Program-made: the position numbers and the translations under genes
DNA from: Lama guanicoe
Taxonomy: Eukaryota
Length of the DNA stretch: 64,000 nucleotides
Direction of reading: 5' to 3'
Assembly (NCBI GenBank): GCA_013239625.1
Contig: MU054323.1
Span: 6,127,220 to 6,191,219, forward strand
Shown: positions 1 to 16,378 of the stretch, one piece after another
How the letters are laid out: each line of letters starts with the position of its first letter
How positions within the stretch are numbered: the stretch's first letter is position 1
The notes under the pieces: generated by a model
Seen by the model: the letters and a program-made list of their open reading frames with translations, nothing else
What the model was told of the DNA's origin: nothing
Database searches by the model: none

Positions 1-1144
1 CTCTCTGGGGCCTGCCTGCTCTCTTGCCGGACACCTCCACACCCCCATTGCCAGCCACAGGTGCACCCAAGGGACCAGTCATGAGAGTCTTGGCCCCGGG
101 CCTCCTCAGGATGGGGGTGGGGGAGGGGAAGCAGAGGTCACCTCCCAGCCACGTGGCTGAACCCAGCCCCGGGCAGGACCAGGCTCAGTGCGGGAAACAG
201 GACAGGTCAGAGCGGCCGAGACCGGGTGCCAAGCCGATCGCCTCTGAGAACCCTACCTCCTGACTCTTAACGCTCCAGGTGTTTTTCCTCCTGGTCACTT
301 CTATATTGGTGTTGTTTTTGCTTCATCTTATCTGTTTCCTTCCAGGTCCAGCTTTAGGGCGCAGCTGCCAGGCCTTAGGAGCCTTTGCCATGGTTTTGTA
401 TTTCTGTAGACACCAGATATAAACATATTTATATATTTGTGTCCCTCCCCTGCTCCCCCAGTTCACAAGCCCGATGCACACTCTACACGCAGGCCACTCT
501 GACCTCTGACCCCGTGTTCCATGTGGCAGGAGGGCCCCGCCCCGGGCCAGATCCTAGGTCATGGCTGCTGGCTGTCTGTGGCGGAAGTCCTTGGTTGTTC
601 CCCTCCCCTCCTCCCGGCTCTGACCATTCTGTCCGTCTATCTCGTCTCGTCCTCAGTTTCAAAGCAATGTCATGAAGGGCTTCCTTTCCATGCCTAAAAG
701 GAAACAATATGTTTTTGGAAAGAGGTGGGGTTGGAGTCGGGATTCCGGGACAGCTTGGGGCCCTCAGTCTTTGGGGCGATTGAGGGACTGGCTGTGATCA
801 CAGCCGCTTGGGAGCCTCAGTCACGTTGGAGAATCTCCCATCGGAGGCGCTGGGCCCCGGAGGCCACGCCCTGCTGGCCTTGTTTGGTGGAGACACCAGG
901 GCCAGCAGTGGAGCTGAACCGTATTGTTTCCCTTTGAGGCCAGTCCTGGTCCTCGTCCCCATCCACAGCTCATGCTTTTTGATTTGCATCTTTTTTTGCA
1001 TGGACATGCCGAGTAGTGATAAGCAGGGTTTTCTGTTCTTCTGGGCATCTCTGGTCAGACTCTTCTCTTTCAGATCCCGTGTAAGGTCGCTAGGTTCAGG
1101 TGTGTCACTGCCGTGTCCCTTGAGTCCTAAAACGAAGGGCGTGA

Positions 1145-1489
<345 letters not shown>

Positions 1490-2462
1490 TGAGAGGGGAG
1501 GGCTGTGTGTGCCCAGCCAGACAGCCTCAGGGTGTAGCTGGATTTCACAGCAGTTCTAAGATGGTAATTCAGAAAGGTTTTTGCTTGCTGGTGGACAGAG
1601 GGGTTCTCTGCACTGCTTCCCTATGGGCCAGAGAGGCCAGTCCAGGACCTCAGGCAACCTGGTGAGGACAAACAGGCGGAGAGGCCTGTGGGGGAGCCCA
1701 TGCCCTGGGCTCACAGCCCTGTTCTCCAAACTCCGAACAAAGCTGCTTCCATTGGGCCTCCAACGCTTACAGTTTGGAGCTGCCCAGTCTGGGTAAGAGC
1801 AGGGAGAGGGAGGGGCACAGACAGGAGTCACAAGAACCCGTGGCCGCTGGGGAGTGAGAGCTGGGATGGGAGTAGGTCGGGGGATGGCTGGGGGCCTGAG
1901 ATGTGACCTGGGGAATGAACAATCTAGAAGGGCCAGGAACCACAGCTCCAGAGTTAGGCTCACAAAAGTGATGGGCCTCCTGGGACCCAGACACGTCTAA
2001 GTGGGAATAACCACTAGTCAGATCTCAGGAGCACCAGCCAGACTGGCCCCAGGCCTGGAGGTCAGACTGGGGGAAGCCAGGGCCCGTGGGAGATAGAGGG
2101 GGGTTACTGCTGTCATGGCTTTAAAGTAGGAGTCTGTGAGCCCAGACTGACCTGTCACAATTGTGGAAGACACCATAAGCCTCAGTGTGACCCCTGTCCC
2201 CAGCCCAGGTCCAGGCTCTGAGGCCCAGGCCTCCTTCACTCACACGCATTGAGGAGGCTCCGAGCCTGGCTCTGACACTCCACACTCACAGTCTTGGTCC
2301 TTCTGCTGGGACCTGCAGGAGCAGAGGGAGGCCCCTGGGAGTCAGCATGCGACGGGGCAGAGGGAAACCCAGAAGAGGGGTCTAAAGCTCCAGGGACACA
2401 GGGGACGCTGGGTGCTAGAGGCAGGTCACAAGGGCATGGGCTCCAAGAGGGATCCAGAGTGA

Positions 2463-2996
<534 letters not shown>

Positions 2997-3779
2997 TGAG
3001 AGACAAGAAATCAGGCACTAGAGGGCTCTCGAGGGCTGGCAGTACAACTGAAGGAGACCCAAGCCGACCAAGAGGCCGCAGGGCCAGGTGGGTGGCACCA
3101 GGCCCCTGCAGAGAGAAGTGTGTGCCTGAGCCAGCGTGCCCGGGGCTCCTGTGAGCCCAGACCCAGCAGCAGGAGCCCCACCTCTGGTTGTCTAGAGGGT
3201 GGAGAGCACCTGGAACAAATGGAAGCCACGCTGGAGATGGGAAACCACGGCGCACCGGACAGGAGGGAGGGCAAGTCCCTCAGAGGGGACAGCTGGAGAA
3301 ATCAGAGCCAGAGTCCAGGGCAGAAGGAAAGGAGGGCAGGGCCCCCAGGAGGGCACCTGAGTCCCAGGAAGTCAAGCACAGCCCAGCGGCATCTCTGGAC
3401 GAGAAGCACTGGCTGACGGCCTTGCTTAGAACGGAACTGCCTTGGTCCTCGTGTGTGAGGCGCCTCCGGCAGTTAGTGCAGACACACAGGTAGCTCTCAG
3501 GAAAGCTCAGTGTCCACCAGAGAGCAGCAAGTGGGCCAGGGGGTCCAGAGTGAGCTAGGGCAGCTGAGCGACAGATGACAGTGGCTACCTTGTTGCATGT
3601 GGAGCAAGAAGAGGCACCTGGGATGGGCCAGGTGCTGAGATCCGTAGCCTTCGGTGGGTGCAGGATGCAGAGATGCTCTCCGCCTGCCCCCGTCACTGGG
3701 CCAGGATGATGCGGTCCTCTGATTGACCCAGTGGGGATAGGGTAACATTTATTTTCAGAGGAAGGCAGTAGGGTAGGGC

Positions 3780-4690
3780 AGCTGTAATAGTGACTACCTT
3801 TCTCCACCACAACCCCCAAATCTAAGTCTCCAGCGCAGACCTCCATCTTTGGTTGTTACTGGACACCTGGCTGATGTCCTCCCACCCCTCTAATTCATAA
3901 GCCCCCAGATCTAGACATCTTGAGTTCAGTCCATCACTCAAGGCAGAAGCCGAGCCTCCTCCCAGACCGTCTGCCTCCCTTTGGCCACACACGGCTGTCC
4001 CTTCTGCCTCTGGACTCCCTCTTACCAGGGCAGACTTTTCTCTCCCCATTCAGGGCCCCAGGCCTCAGCAGGATTGCTGCAGCCGTCTCCTGAGAGCTTT
4101 CCCTGCGTTCAGTCTCTTCCCTCCAATTCACTCCCACGCTGCCGCCTGGTGGTCTTCATAAGGAGCGTGTGTGATCATGCGGTCTCTGTCTAAAACCCAT
4201 CATGAGTGCCTCACCCACTCTGCAGGAAACGCTACCCAGCCCTTGGCAAGCAAGGCATGAGATCCAGGAGGCCAGCGCCTAGCTGACCTCTCCAGCCTGG
4301 TTTCTCCCTGTCTGCTCTCCATCCCCCATCAAAATCTTTTGCATCCAACAAGAATAAACTCCACAGAATCCCCCAAATGCCATTCTCTTTCACACACCAG
4401 TGCCTCTGCGCGTGTTTTGAATGCCCTCCCTGTTCTCACCTGAAGCCTGGAGAAGTCGGCAATCCTTCCACACCCGGCTCAGATGTCATCCTATCCAGCA
4501 CCCCCTCAACCACTAACTAGACTTCCTTTGGGCCCCACCTTTTATGTGACGAATCTTCCCGCCACCATCAAATTGTGTACACCTGGAGGTCAGAGACGGG
4601 TCTTACTGGTCTTTGCACCCCCAATAACAAACTCAATGCACAGCAAAAAGTGGTCACCAATTATTTGTTGGATGAAACTAGAGTGATGAA
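3780..4690 (+). mobile_element. Degenerate L2 LINE
   Basis: Pyrimidine-rich L2-like body ending in a typical L2 tail (aattatttgttggatgaa). Confidence 0.5.
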
Positions 4691-4878
4691 CAAAGAGTTT
4701 GCCAGACAGGAGCAGGGATTCAGATCAGTTCATAAAAAGACTTCAGTGCAGGTGAGAGCATCCAACAGGATGCCACTAAAGGGGTTTGCTGGTGGTGGGG
4801 AGGCAAGGTTCTGATGGCTATGCCTTTCAAGTTTCATGGTCACCATCAGCTCTCCTGGGCCCTCCCAGCCGTTCCTGA

Positions 4879-5532
<654 letters not shown>

Positions 5533-5535
5533 TGA

Positions 5536-6149
<614 letters not shown>

Positions 6150-9100
6150 TAATGAGGCCACGGTCATGACAGGGCATCCACTGACATCCCCTGAAAGCTA
6201 AAGTCACATCACTGCTCCTCCCCAGCACCCACCCAGTTAAGACCCACTGGAGACTGGCCATTTAAAGGCCATAGTCCCAGGCTCTTCACACACAGCAGAG
6301 GGAGAGAACTGGGAGTGGCGGGGTAGAGGCAGGGAGGATGACAGCTGCCCAGTCACTGAGATGGGGCACTCTTGTCCCATTCAGGAGCTCAGACAAGCTG
6401 GAGGCACAAGACCCAATCATGGAAAAGCACAGGATGGGCCTGGCTGCCCTGACCAGGCAGTTAGGAAACTTACTCGGCCTGGAAGCAGCAGCCCAGAGAC
6501 TTGCTGGGACGTAGGGCTAAGCTGGAGCCAACCGGCACAAATGTGTGCCATGCTGGGGGTGGTGCCTCTGTGTTCCTGCCAAGCGGAGCTGACACACCAG
6601 GGAGCTCCCTTCCTCCCTCCATCCCACACATCCCAGGAAATCTGCTTGTAACACAGAGAAGGGTCACTGCACACGGATCTGGCCAGTCTGCTAGAATTCT
6701 CTAGAAGAGCGTACAAGCCCATGGTCCTGGGAACCTTGTGTATGAGCCTGCCCTCTGCTGGAAGTCCCAGGCTGGCTTCTTCACCACAGCCCTTTGAAAC
6801 CGGCGGCACCTAGTGGAGGGGTCAGGTGTGGGCCGGAGGTGGGCACTTCTCTGGGGGGACAGCCTTTTTCTGTGAGCCGGGGAGATGTTCTTGCAGAGAA
6901 CAGACACCTTGGAGAGAAGCTGCAGAAGGAGCTCGTGACGCTTCACGAGTCAGCAGCAGAACGGGGGCACCGCAGTGCAGTCCTGCTTTTGGAGAAACTA
7001 GTGCCTCAGTCAGTGACAAGTTAGGCTGAACTGGGCCCGGGTTGCAACCCAGGGGGTCACGACTAAGACCACCGAAGCCCTTTTCCCACATTCTCCCCGC
7101 ACCTTAGCCCACAACCCCGGCCTCCCTCATCAGTTGCCACGGAAAGTACACCTTCCTGCGTGATAGCTTTTTGCTTGTGGAGTCGCACAAACCCCTCAAT
7201 TTGTATTTTTCCCTCGATGGCTAATTGGACACTTGACAAATGTTACGGCAGTGATGGTTTCAGAGTGAGACAGGCTCTGGATGTTCACTGCGGGCTTTTA
7301 ACTCCCCCAAGTGGAGCCCAGAGATGGCTCAGCAACAACATTTAATTGTCATTTTGATGTGGAGATGATGGGGAATCCCCGTGTGATCATGGAGACATTA
7401 ATGCTGCTGTTGAACCTGGGTCAGCCCTGGTGCAGACAGCCTTCAGTGGGACCCATGGCACGGCGATCACGCCCCAAGCTTTCCAGAAGCACCAGCTTCC
7501 AATCGTTTGTCATCCACTATAAACACATGAAAAGGAGACATTTTCTATGTAGGAGTAAACTGAGCTAGATCTGTCATCCTGTCTTGCTTTTGTCAGCTAT
7601 TTTTAATCTCCTAAGACACTGATTACTCATTTTGCAAACTTATACTTGTCAATAAATACAGGGATTTGTTCAAGGATCAAATGTACCAAGATGGGGGAAC
7701 AAATTCCACTCCCCTTAGGTTCAGGAGCAGTTCTCCAAGGCCCGGGAGCAGCCTGCACCAGCCTGCCCTGGGTGCTGGCCAAACCTTTGTTCCACTATAA
7801 AATATCAGCTGGGGCACAGAATAAGCAAGACGCCCCTGGGGACCCCAGTAGATAGAGGAGCAGTCCAGGACAGGGTGCCCTGAGCCCTTTCCCAGCCCAT
7901 TGGGATCTGTCAGCCATCCTTGTAGGGACAGGATGCAGACCTGAAGGCTCCTGGGTGGAAGGTACAGGGAAGGGATGCCTACTGTTTCCCAAGGAGCATG
8001 GCTGGACCCCCTTTGGTCAAGTCAGTTTCTGTGCCACACAGTGGCAATGATGAGAATTCAGGGTGACAGGAAGGTCAGGGGAATGGGGACAGACACGAGG
8101 GCTCTTTGTTCCCCAGGAAGCACTAATGGTACAAATTGCTCTTATATCGATAATGAATGAGATGTATGGTGCATTACAATTACATTACATTACTGTATTA
8201 CAGAAATAGAGTAAGATTATATAATTATAGATTAAAACAACAGTGTAATAGACAAACCTGTATTATATCATTATATAAATAACTGGGTCTAATACTTTAT
8301 AGCAATATATTGCAGTAGCTGTGGTTACCGGATAAATGATAGCAGAGCGCCTCTCTCCGTGGGGTCATTTGCATGTCATTAGCATATCCTTCTCAAGCAG
8401 GAAGTTGACAGATTGAGCTGACGGAGGGCTTGTGGCTTGGCAATCAGCCACCTGGAATAACAAGAAATTCGCATTGGGCAGAATGTGCCATTATACCGAA
8501 AGCCTGAAGACTAGCAGCCACATAATCTTCCACTGTCTCCCAGCTCCTTCTGCAGGAGCTCTTTGGATTTCTGCCACATTGGCTTAAAAAACAGATATCT
8601 GAACTTCTGACACTGTCCAAAAGGGACTTACTTCATCGCCTATTAGCCACATATCATTGGTTTGGGGCTTAATTGAATCAGCCCCTGCTGCCCTCTAAGG
8701 TACTCCAGCCTCTTCTCAAATCCTGAGTCTGTGCAGGCACAGAGCTGGACGTCTCACAGCCAGGGGCACCGGCTGGGAGAGGCCATCTTCCTGGGTCACT
8801 GAGCTGTGATTGTGTGATGGCTCATGTCCCAAGGAGGCTCGAGTGGAAAGTGGGGCCCTGTGTGCTTCCCAGGAACGGTGTGCTGGGAGAAACCTGTGCA
8901 TGGTGGTGTAGCAAGCCCACGGAACAGGCCCCCACTCGGGTCCAGAACCCACGAAAGAGCAGTGAACAGCACGGTGAGCCGTAGACAGAGGATCCAGAGT
9001 GAATGCTCGGGAGGGCAGGCCCCAGGGAACAAATGACAGAGACACCACTGCCCCAGGAAGGAAGACCCCCATTCAGTGGCCAGTTGGCTTCATGCCAGTC

Positions 9101-9757
9101 CTACCCTTGCTGTCAGCTGCTGCCTGTTCTCACTGTTTTCCTTGTCTTGCTGAAATTCATGTTCTATCACTTCTCCATCCTCTGACTCTGCCACTTTGTC
9201 CTGCACCACACATCTGGCAGATCTGTTCTGTCCTGTCCAATTCATCCCTTTACCATCTCCATGTTGGCCCCCACGGGCTGATTGCTGGTGGAGAAAATCC
9301 CACAGTCTTGTAGCTTGGCCCCACTATGTATTGAAGTCCTCCAACCTCCACAGGGTCCTCATGGCACAGGGCATCTTTTTGTGTTTCCCTTTCTCCTGCC
9401 CTCTCCCGTCTTCACTCTCTCCTCAAGGCACTTACCCCACAGACTCCTCCAGTACCTTCACCCACTCCAAATCCTGCTTCACAGAGAAAATGGAGCCATC
9501 AGCCAAGAACGTGCTTCTCTTCACGCCATTGCTCCTGCATATGTCCTTACACTCATGCCATCCTTGCCTTCCTCTCTCATACCTAAAAGGACACCACTTC
9601 CCTCTCCACTCTGGATCCAATTTGCATCCACCTACCAGGAGCCTCCCATCATCAGCTCTCCCCCCTCTTTCCTATATATTTCATCTTTCTTTATCCTGCT
9701 AGGCTCCTTCCCATCAGCATGTAAACACAATTAAAACTTCCCCCCTAAAATTAAAAC

Positions 9758-10188
9758 CCATGGTTTGCTGGAGCTGGTTCATACTACTGTTAAATTTTCA
9801 GGAACTCTGCAAGTTAGCTACAGATATTATTAAAAATTAAGTCATATAAACTTAGAACTAAATAAATTATTTAAAAATAATGGTAATCCATACTCAAAAC
9901 TCATCACTATCCAGTTTTGGTTTTTTGCTTTTTTGGTTTTTTTTACTTTTTTTTACTATCACTTCTGTTCTGGAGGTTATATATACCCACTGCATCTGCA
10001 CACGCAGGAGACTCTATCCGGGTGTGCTACCAGGCATTTTTTCCCAACTCCACCTTCAGTGATGTCCCACTGGTTGCTTGACATCAGCCATGGTGAGAGA
10101 ATTTACATCGCAGAAATCAGCAAATGCTACACACCAAAACTTTCTTCCCGAGAGAGCTGGTTTTTAAAGATTTATCAGCATATCACTA
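9758..10188 (+). mobile_element. MER63-like hAT DNA transposon remnant, nested in L2 fragments (~9070-10900)
   Basis: Begins ...tgctggagctgg...ttaaattttcaggaa...ttattaaaaattaa and ends tttatcagcatatcact, resembling MER63 termini. Confidence 0.65.
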
Positions 10189-11171
10189 GTTTTTAATTAT
10201 TTTATCAGCATATCACCCCTTTAGCTCCATAGCCCTTTCTAGGTCCCACCCTCCCTAACCACCTCCCCAGCTAAGTTTCATCCAAGAGACGGCCCCCTAA
10301 CCATCTCCACTGTCTGGCTTGAAGCTCCCTCCTCAATCACAAATAGCCCTGCACCTCCCAGTCTGAGTAAAGTGCTCTTGACACCACCACCAGTGTCCTA
10401 CTTGGGACTTCCTGGTCTCTTGTCACATCCTCTGCCCTGCAGCTTTGCCTCCTGTCACATCACCTCTTCACTCTGCAAGGCCATCCTCGCCCCTCACTCT
10501 CCTTGTGAACTCTCTCGTCTTCACTTTCCGTCTGTGTGCCAGTGATCCCAAAGCTGAATATTTAATCCAGACCTACATACCCTACTGCCCGCTGCACATC
10601 CCAGTTTGTGACCCACAGATACTTTAAACTCCCTGTGAATAAAACCAAAATCATCCTCCTCCCCAAAATTCTCCCATCCTTGATTCCCTGCATCATGAGT
10701 AGTGCCCCCTCCATCCAGTTTCCCAGGCCAGAGGCCCTGAGGCACCCTAGGCAACTCCCTGAACTGAGATGTCAATTAATGACTGAACCCTGTCAGTTCA
10801 CCTCCCCTTCTGTTTGTTCCCAGCCAGGCCACTATTTCCCCAGTTTCCAGCCCATGGGCTGGATATATAGGAGGTGCCCAGTGCAGGACTGCTGAATGAA
10901 AGGGTGGGATTGAGCTGGATGGAGAGGCCCAGAACCTGGGGTTCCCTGTATGAGCAAAGGAAGGGAGACAAGCGTCTGCATAAAAGTATCGACAGACAGA
11001 AAAGAGCCTTGCAGAGGTTCAGGAGGAAGGCTGAGAGGGTTGGTTTGGGCCTTGAGTGACTCATCCCATGTGCCCCAGCTGTGTGATCTCAGGTAGGAAG
11101 CGGATGGCGGTGCTCCCCCAAAGTCTGCTGCCTTGGCTGGGGCCCCTGCCCTGCACGAGGCCCATCTTTGA

Positions 11172-11618
<447 letters not shown>

Positions 11619-11653
11619 TGACTTCGGAGGTGTTTCCAGCTCCCATCCTCTGA

Positions 11654-11878
<225 letters not shown>

Positions 11879-13767
11879 TGAGGGGGCCAGTAACTGGGCA
11901 AGGGTTGGGGAGGAGGCGGGGGAGGACAGCAGGAGGGGTTGGAGCACAGTAACTGACCACCATCCAATGGCCAAAGCAGTGCCCAGGCCAGAGCAGGGTG
12001 TGACACACCCCAGCGCAGCCCTTCGCCCAGAAGCCTGACCCTGTGGTTCCAAATGACCCCGTCTCAAAGCCGCACATGAAGGGCTTCCGATGGGCACCAG
12101 CGCCAGGTCCCTAATGCCACCCCTTTGGTCTGCTGGAGGTGAGGGTGGTGCTGTGAGGTCTGCTGTGCCCTAGAAGACAAGATGCAGTGCCAGGCCAGAG
12201 CTGTGTGACACCCTAAGTGGGACAAGTGGCTTTGGGGGGAATGCTCTGATGGTGCACATGATCCTGATGGCTCTTTGGAGCTGGACCCCGTGAGGCACAA
12301 GGCACAGCTGCCCAGGAGTCTCTGAGCTGACTGGGCAGCAACGTACCCAGACCAGCCCCGGAGGAAGAGAGGGGCAGAGGTCAGAGCGGGGCTGGTTCCT
12401 GGGTGCTCTGGCCCAGAGAAAGCAACCACCCTGGGCAGTGAGACACAGACCCTGCTCTTCTACCCCATCTTCCCTAGACTGAGGAACAAGGAATAAAAAG
12501 GGGGCCCAAAAGATCCCATTTGTAGCATTTCCATAGCAGAGCTTTCCTGTAGACATCTTGTACCTGTGCAGAGGTGGTCACCAAATCCTCAGTGTGGGAA
12601 CAGCATGAAGCATGTATTGAGTGCCGACTGTTTGTGTGGCACAGCTAGAAAAGCTACAACCGACCACTAACGTGCCCTGTGACCTTGGGCCAGTAAGTTC
12701 CCCTCTCTGGGCTAGTTCTATCTATGAAACAGGCTGTTGGACTAGGTAACCGCTAAGTTCTTGTTGGCATGAAGAATCTGCAGCTCTCCAGCCCTACTTC
12801 CCTGTCCCATTCTCTAAATGGTGGCAGCGTGCAGGGCAACTCTAACGATACCGTCCACTGATCAAGACGACTGGAGTGTGAGCACCGCTGGTGGTGGGGG
12901 AGCTCCCACGCCCCATCTGAAAGTAAGAGTGGGCGTGGGTAGATGCTGCCTGAGGGGAGATTTAAGCTGGGTCTTGCAAGAGAAGCAGGAGAAAGATGTG
13001 CCACAAAGGGGAAGTGTGAGGGGCCCAGACGGCATGGAGCTCGGAGAGAGAAGGCTGGGAGCTTCAGCGTCTGGTGAGAAGTTTAGACACTCATATTCCA
13101 TCGAGGCGCAGACTTTCAAAAATGGGTGGAGACTTTGAAAGGGTATCTGTTCAGTTTCAGGGTACAGCCAAGAAGAAATGGCCATTAGCTGAGAGGAGGG
13201 AGAAATCAGTCCTGCAAATGTAGATGTAGCCGTCTACGTGAAGGGGTAGCTGAGATGCAGTAAGGGAGTAAGTGCAGAGGAGCAGAAAGCCACCCGAGAC
13301 AGCAGGACCGTGAGTTTAACAGGGAAGGCATCCAGGGCAGCCATGGTAATGGTGCAGAGAGCTCCCCGGGCCCTCGCAGTCACGGGCGGGCAGCAGCATC
13401 AGGTCACACGTGTGAGGGAATCACAGCACCAAACTCTGACTCTGAGCACCTCAGCAAGGGTGAAACTCCCAAGTGGCCGATACTCAGTTACAACTTAGCT
13501 CCTTATTATCCTGTCTGCTATCATCCTAGTGAGTTGTGATCCCAACTGGACTTGAGCAGTAGGAAGGCTCGTCTGGGCAACACCCAAAAGATGCTTCATA
13601 GAGACCCAGTGAGCTGAACCGAGCACCTGTACAGAGGCTGCTCTTCTCCAGCTGACTTCGGTCAGTTGTCTGGGTCCTGACGGGTCATACAGCATGGCCT
13701 CCTGATCGGCCCTGGGGGAAAGGTGCTTTTCTTATACCAGCTGAGGTCGGAGGACAAAGAAGAGTAG

Positions 13768-14076
<309 letters not shown>

Positions 14077-16090
14077 CATCAGCAGAAAGCCCAGGCGAGA
14101 CTGTGGACGCGTCTGGTGAGGCAAATGCTACTCACAGAGGTCAGTTTTCAGCAACACCAATAAGGGGCCGACCGACACAATCGAGGAACTCACTGCTCTA
14201 AACATTTTGAATACTCTCTGCACTGAATGTAGAAAACCATCCTCACCTTTGGGGGAAACGGGGGCGTAGCCTCCAAGCAGCAGGAACCACAACCATCTGA
14301 GCAAGCGAGCCAGGCCTTGGGGGCTCCTGCAGAGGGACTTGCTCTGAACGGAGGCGCTCACTCTGCCCGGTGCAATAGAGTTCCACGTATTTTTCAACTG
14401 GGAGAGAGCAGCTGTTTTTTCCTTCCTGCAGAGCAAGCTTGATCCCCAGCCAACCATAGTTATCCTAGGACAATGTAGGCATCAGGCTCTCTTGGAATAA
14501 GATCAAAGTGTCCTTATCACTTTGATTCCTACTTTTGTATTTAAACAATCTACACATCCAGTGGCTGACAGAAAACAAGGAACAATACTATGGGGCACGA
14601 GGCCTAGGAGGCTGATGGTCCCTGCTGGGTCGAAGCAAAGTCCAGCCGCCGCGAGGAGCCAGATGTGACTGGAGCAGCCCTGCAGGGGCAGCCGCGGGCA
14701 GGAACAGCTGGGGACAGCCGTCTGTCCCTTCACAGGGTTTTCTACCATGTTTTTGCTGGAGAAGGACAAGGTGATTGTGCTAGCATTCTGTTATCCAATA
14801 TGAGTTATTTAGGTTTCCAAGGCATTTTCTTGATAAACAAAAGGCTATTTTTAAGTACCGAGAGAAAGCGGCAGCCACAAGAGGGATGATGCAGGAATTC
14901 CCAAAGCTCTTTGTAGGTAGTGCCAGAGTGGGGCATTTGCTCTAATTTTTCTATGTGCAGAATAGAGGATCTCTCCTGGGGGGGTGTGAATGACCCCGTT
15001 TTATTTTTAGAAAAAGTAACTCCCAGACAGCCCCATAAAAGCTGTGCCTCATGGAGGCACTGTCAAAGGAAGAAGACTCTGTTCCAGAAGGAAACCAGTT
15101 CTGGCTCATGACACCAGTCCAGCTCCCTCCATGAGGTAAAGCTGAGGACCCAGGCCGGGTTGGAAGGGAAGGAGGGAGAATAAATGTCTACAAAGCACAG
15201 GAGACTATTTTTGATATTTATAGGTATATATTAAGGCACCTGCCACAAGAGCTCTCAGGATGGGGACAGCCTTCTTAGACGAGCCACGACAGCCAAGGCC
15301 TGAGGGGCAAGAGCAGAATCACTCTTCTTGTAGCATATTAACCCGAGAAGGGGGAGCCAGGAGGGAGGTCACACCGTGGCTCAAAGAGGAAGGCCTTCCC
15401 GCTAGTCCTCAGACCCACAAACCTCACGCGGTGACCAGTTTCCATTCCAGGGCACGAAGGATGCGGCTGCCACTGCTGCGCTGTTTAGTTGGAGTTGGTA
15501 CCAAATAACACATTTACCATTTTTATATCTGGGAAGTCAACTTGCCGTCATTTCATAATAATAAAAAAAAAACCATTTATATGGAGAAGAGGACAGGACG
15601 CGCTTTCCATCTTTCAGTATCTGATGACACAAAATTCCGATTCCAATGTCGGGCATCAACTTCTAGCACTACAAGTGTGGCTCCCACTTGGACAAGATAC
15701 CGAGCTTCGTTATGCAGTTTTTAATATTATTTATTCTTTTAAAAAGTAATAAGCACAAAACTACATACATTGTATGTCATTTAAAGTATTTATGTCAAAC
15801 AGGGTGCAAGTGTGAACCCAAGGACTGGAGCACAAATTTCTAACTGCCTGGGGCAGGGCTAACGTTAGCGATGATGTGCGTCTGCCTCCAAAGGAGGTGC
15901 TAGTGGTCAGCAGGACTCAACACAGATGACACTGAGATTCCGTTTCTCTCCTCATCTATCACACTGGAGCAAAACTGGCTATTTCTGTGAATGATATAAA
16001 ACAGGGTTCTCTGTAATGGTATTGTACATAGTATATGTTTATTGTTAAGTTCTTGTTATATTATAATAAATATATTTATAGATCTAGACT
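14077..16090 (+). other. KLHL29: KLHL29 3'UTR (end approximate)
   Basis: Repeat-free sequence after the stop, AU-rich distally, ending at AATAAA 16065-16070. Confidence 0.8.
16065..16070 (+). terminator. KLHL29 polyadenylation signal
   Basis: AATAAA with upstream TGTA motifs and U-rich context. Confidence 0.75.
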
Positions 16091-16378
16091 CGGAAGCCAA
16101 TGTAATGCCTCTGTGTGCCAGCGATCCCCGGGCAGGCCAGCACATCCTCCCACAGTGGCTGTCTGGGCCCTGCTACAGACCTGAATGCAGATCTCAGTGA
16201 TCACAGAGGACAGGACTCCTTAGCAAGGGAATGTGTAGAGTGAAAGCCAAGGATAAAGGGCACTTAAAGGTCAAAGTTTAAAGGAACTCACAGACACTTT
16301 GGCACTGACCCTGAGGATCTCCCTTCAGTTCAAGTGCTCTTCTTGTCACACCTGTGCAGCTGAAATCTTCAGAGTTAG

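Noticed and set aside
8160..8300. AT-rich patch with (ATTAC)n
   Set aside because: Short low-complexity sequence; no clear hairpin or family
9196..9734. Overlapping 168-aa and 150-aa ORFs
   Set aside because: Lie in pyrimidine-rich L2 remnants; Pro/Ser/Leu bias; no splice support
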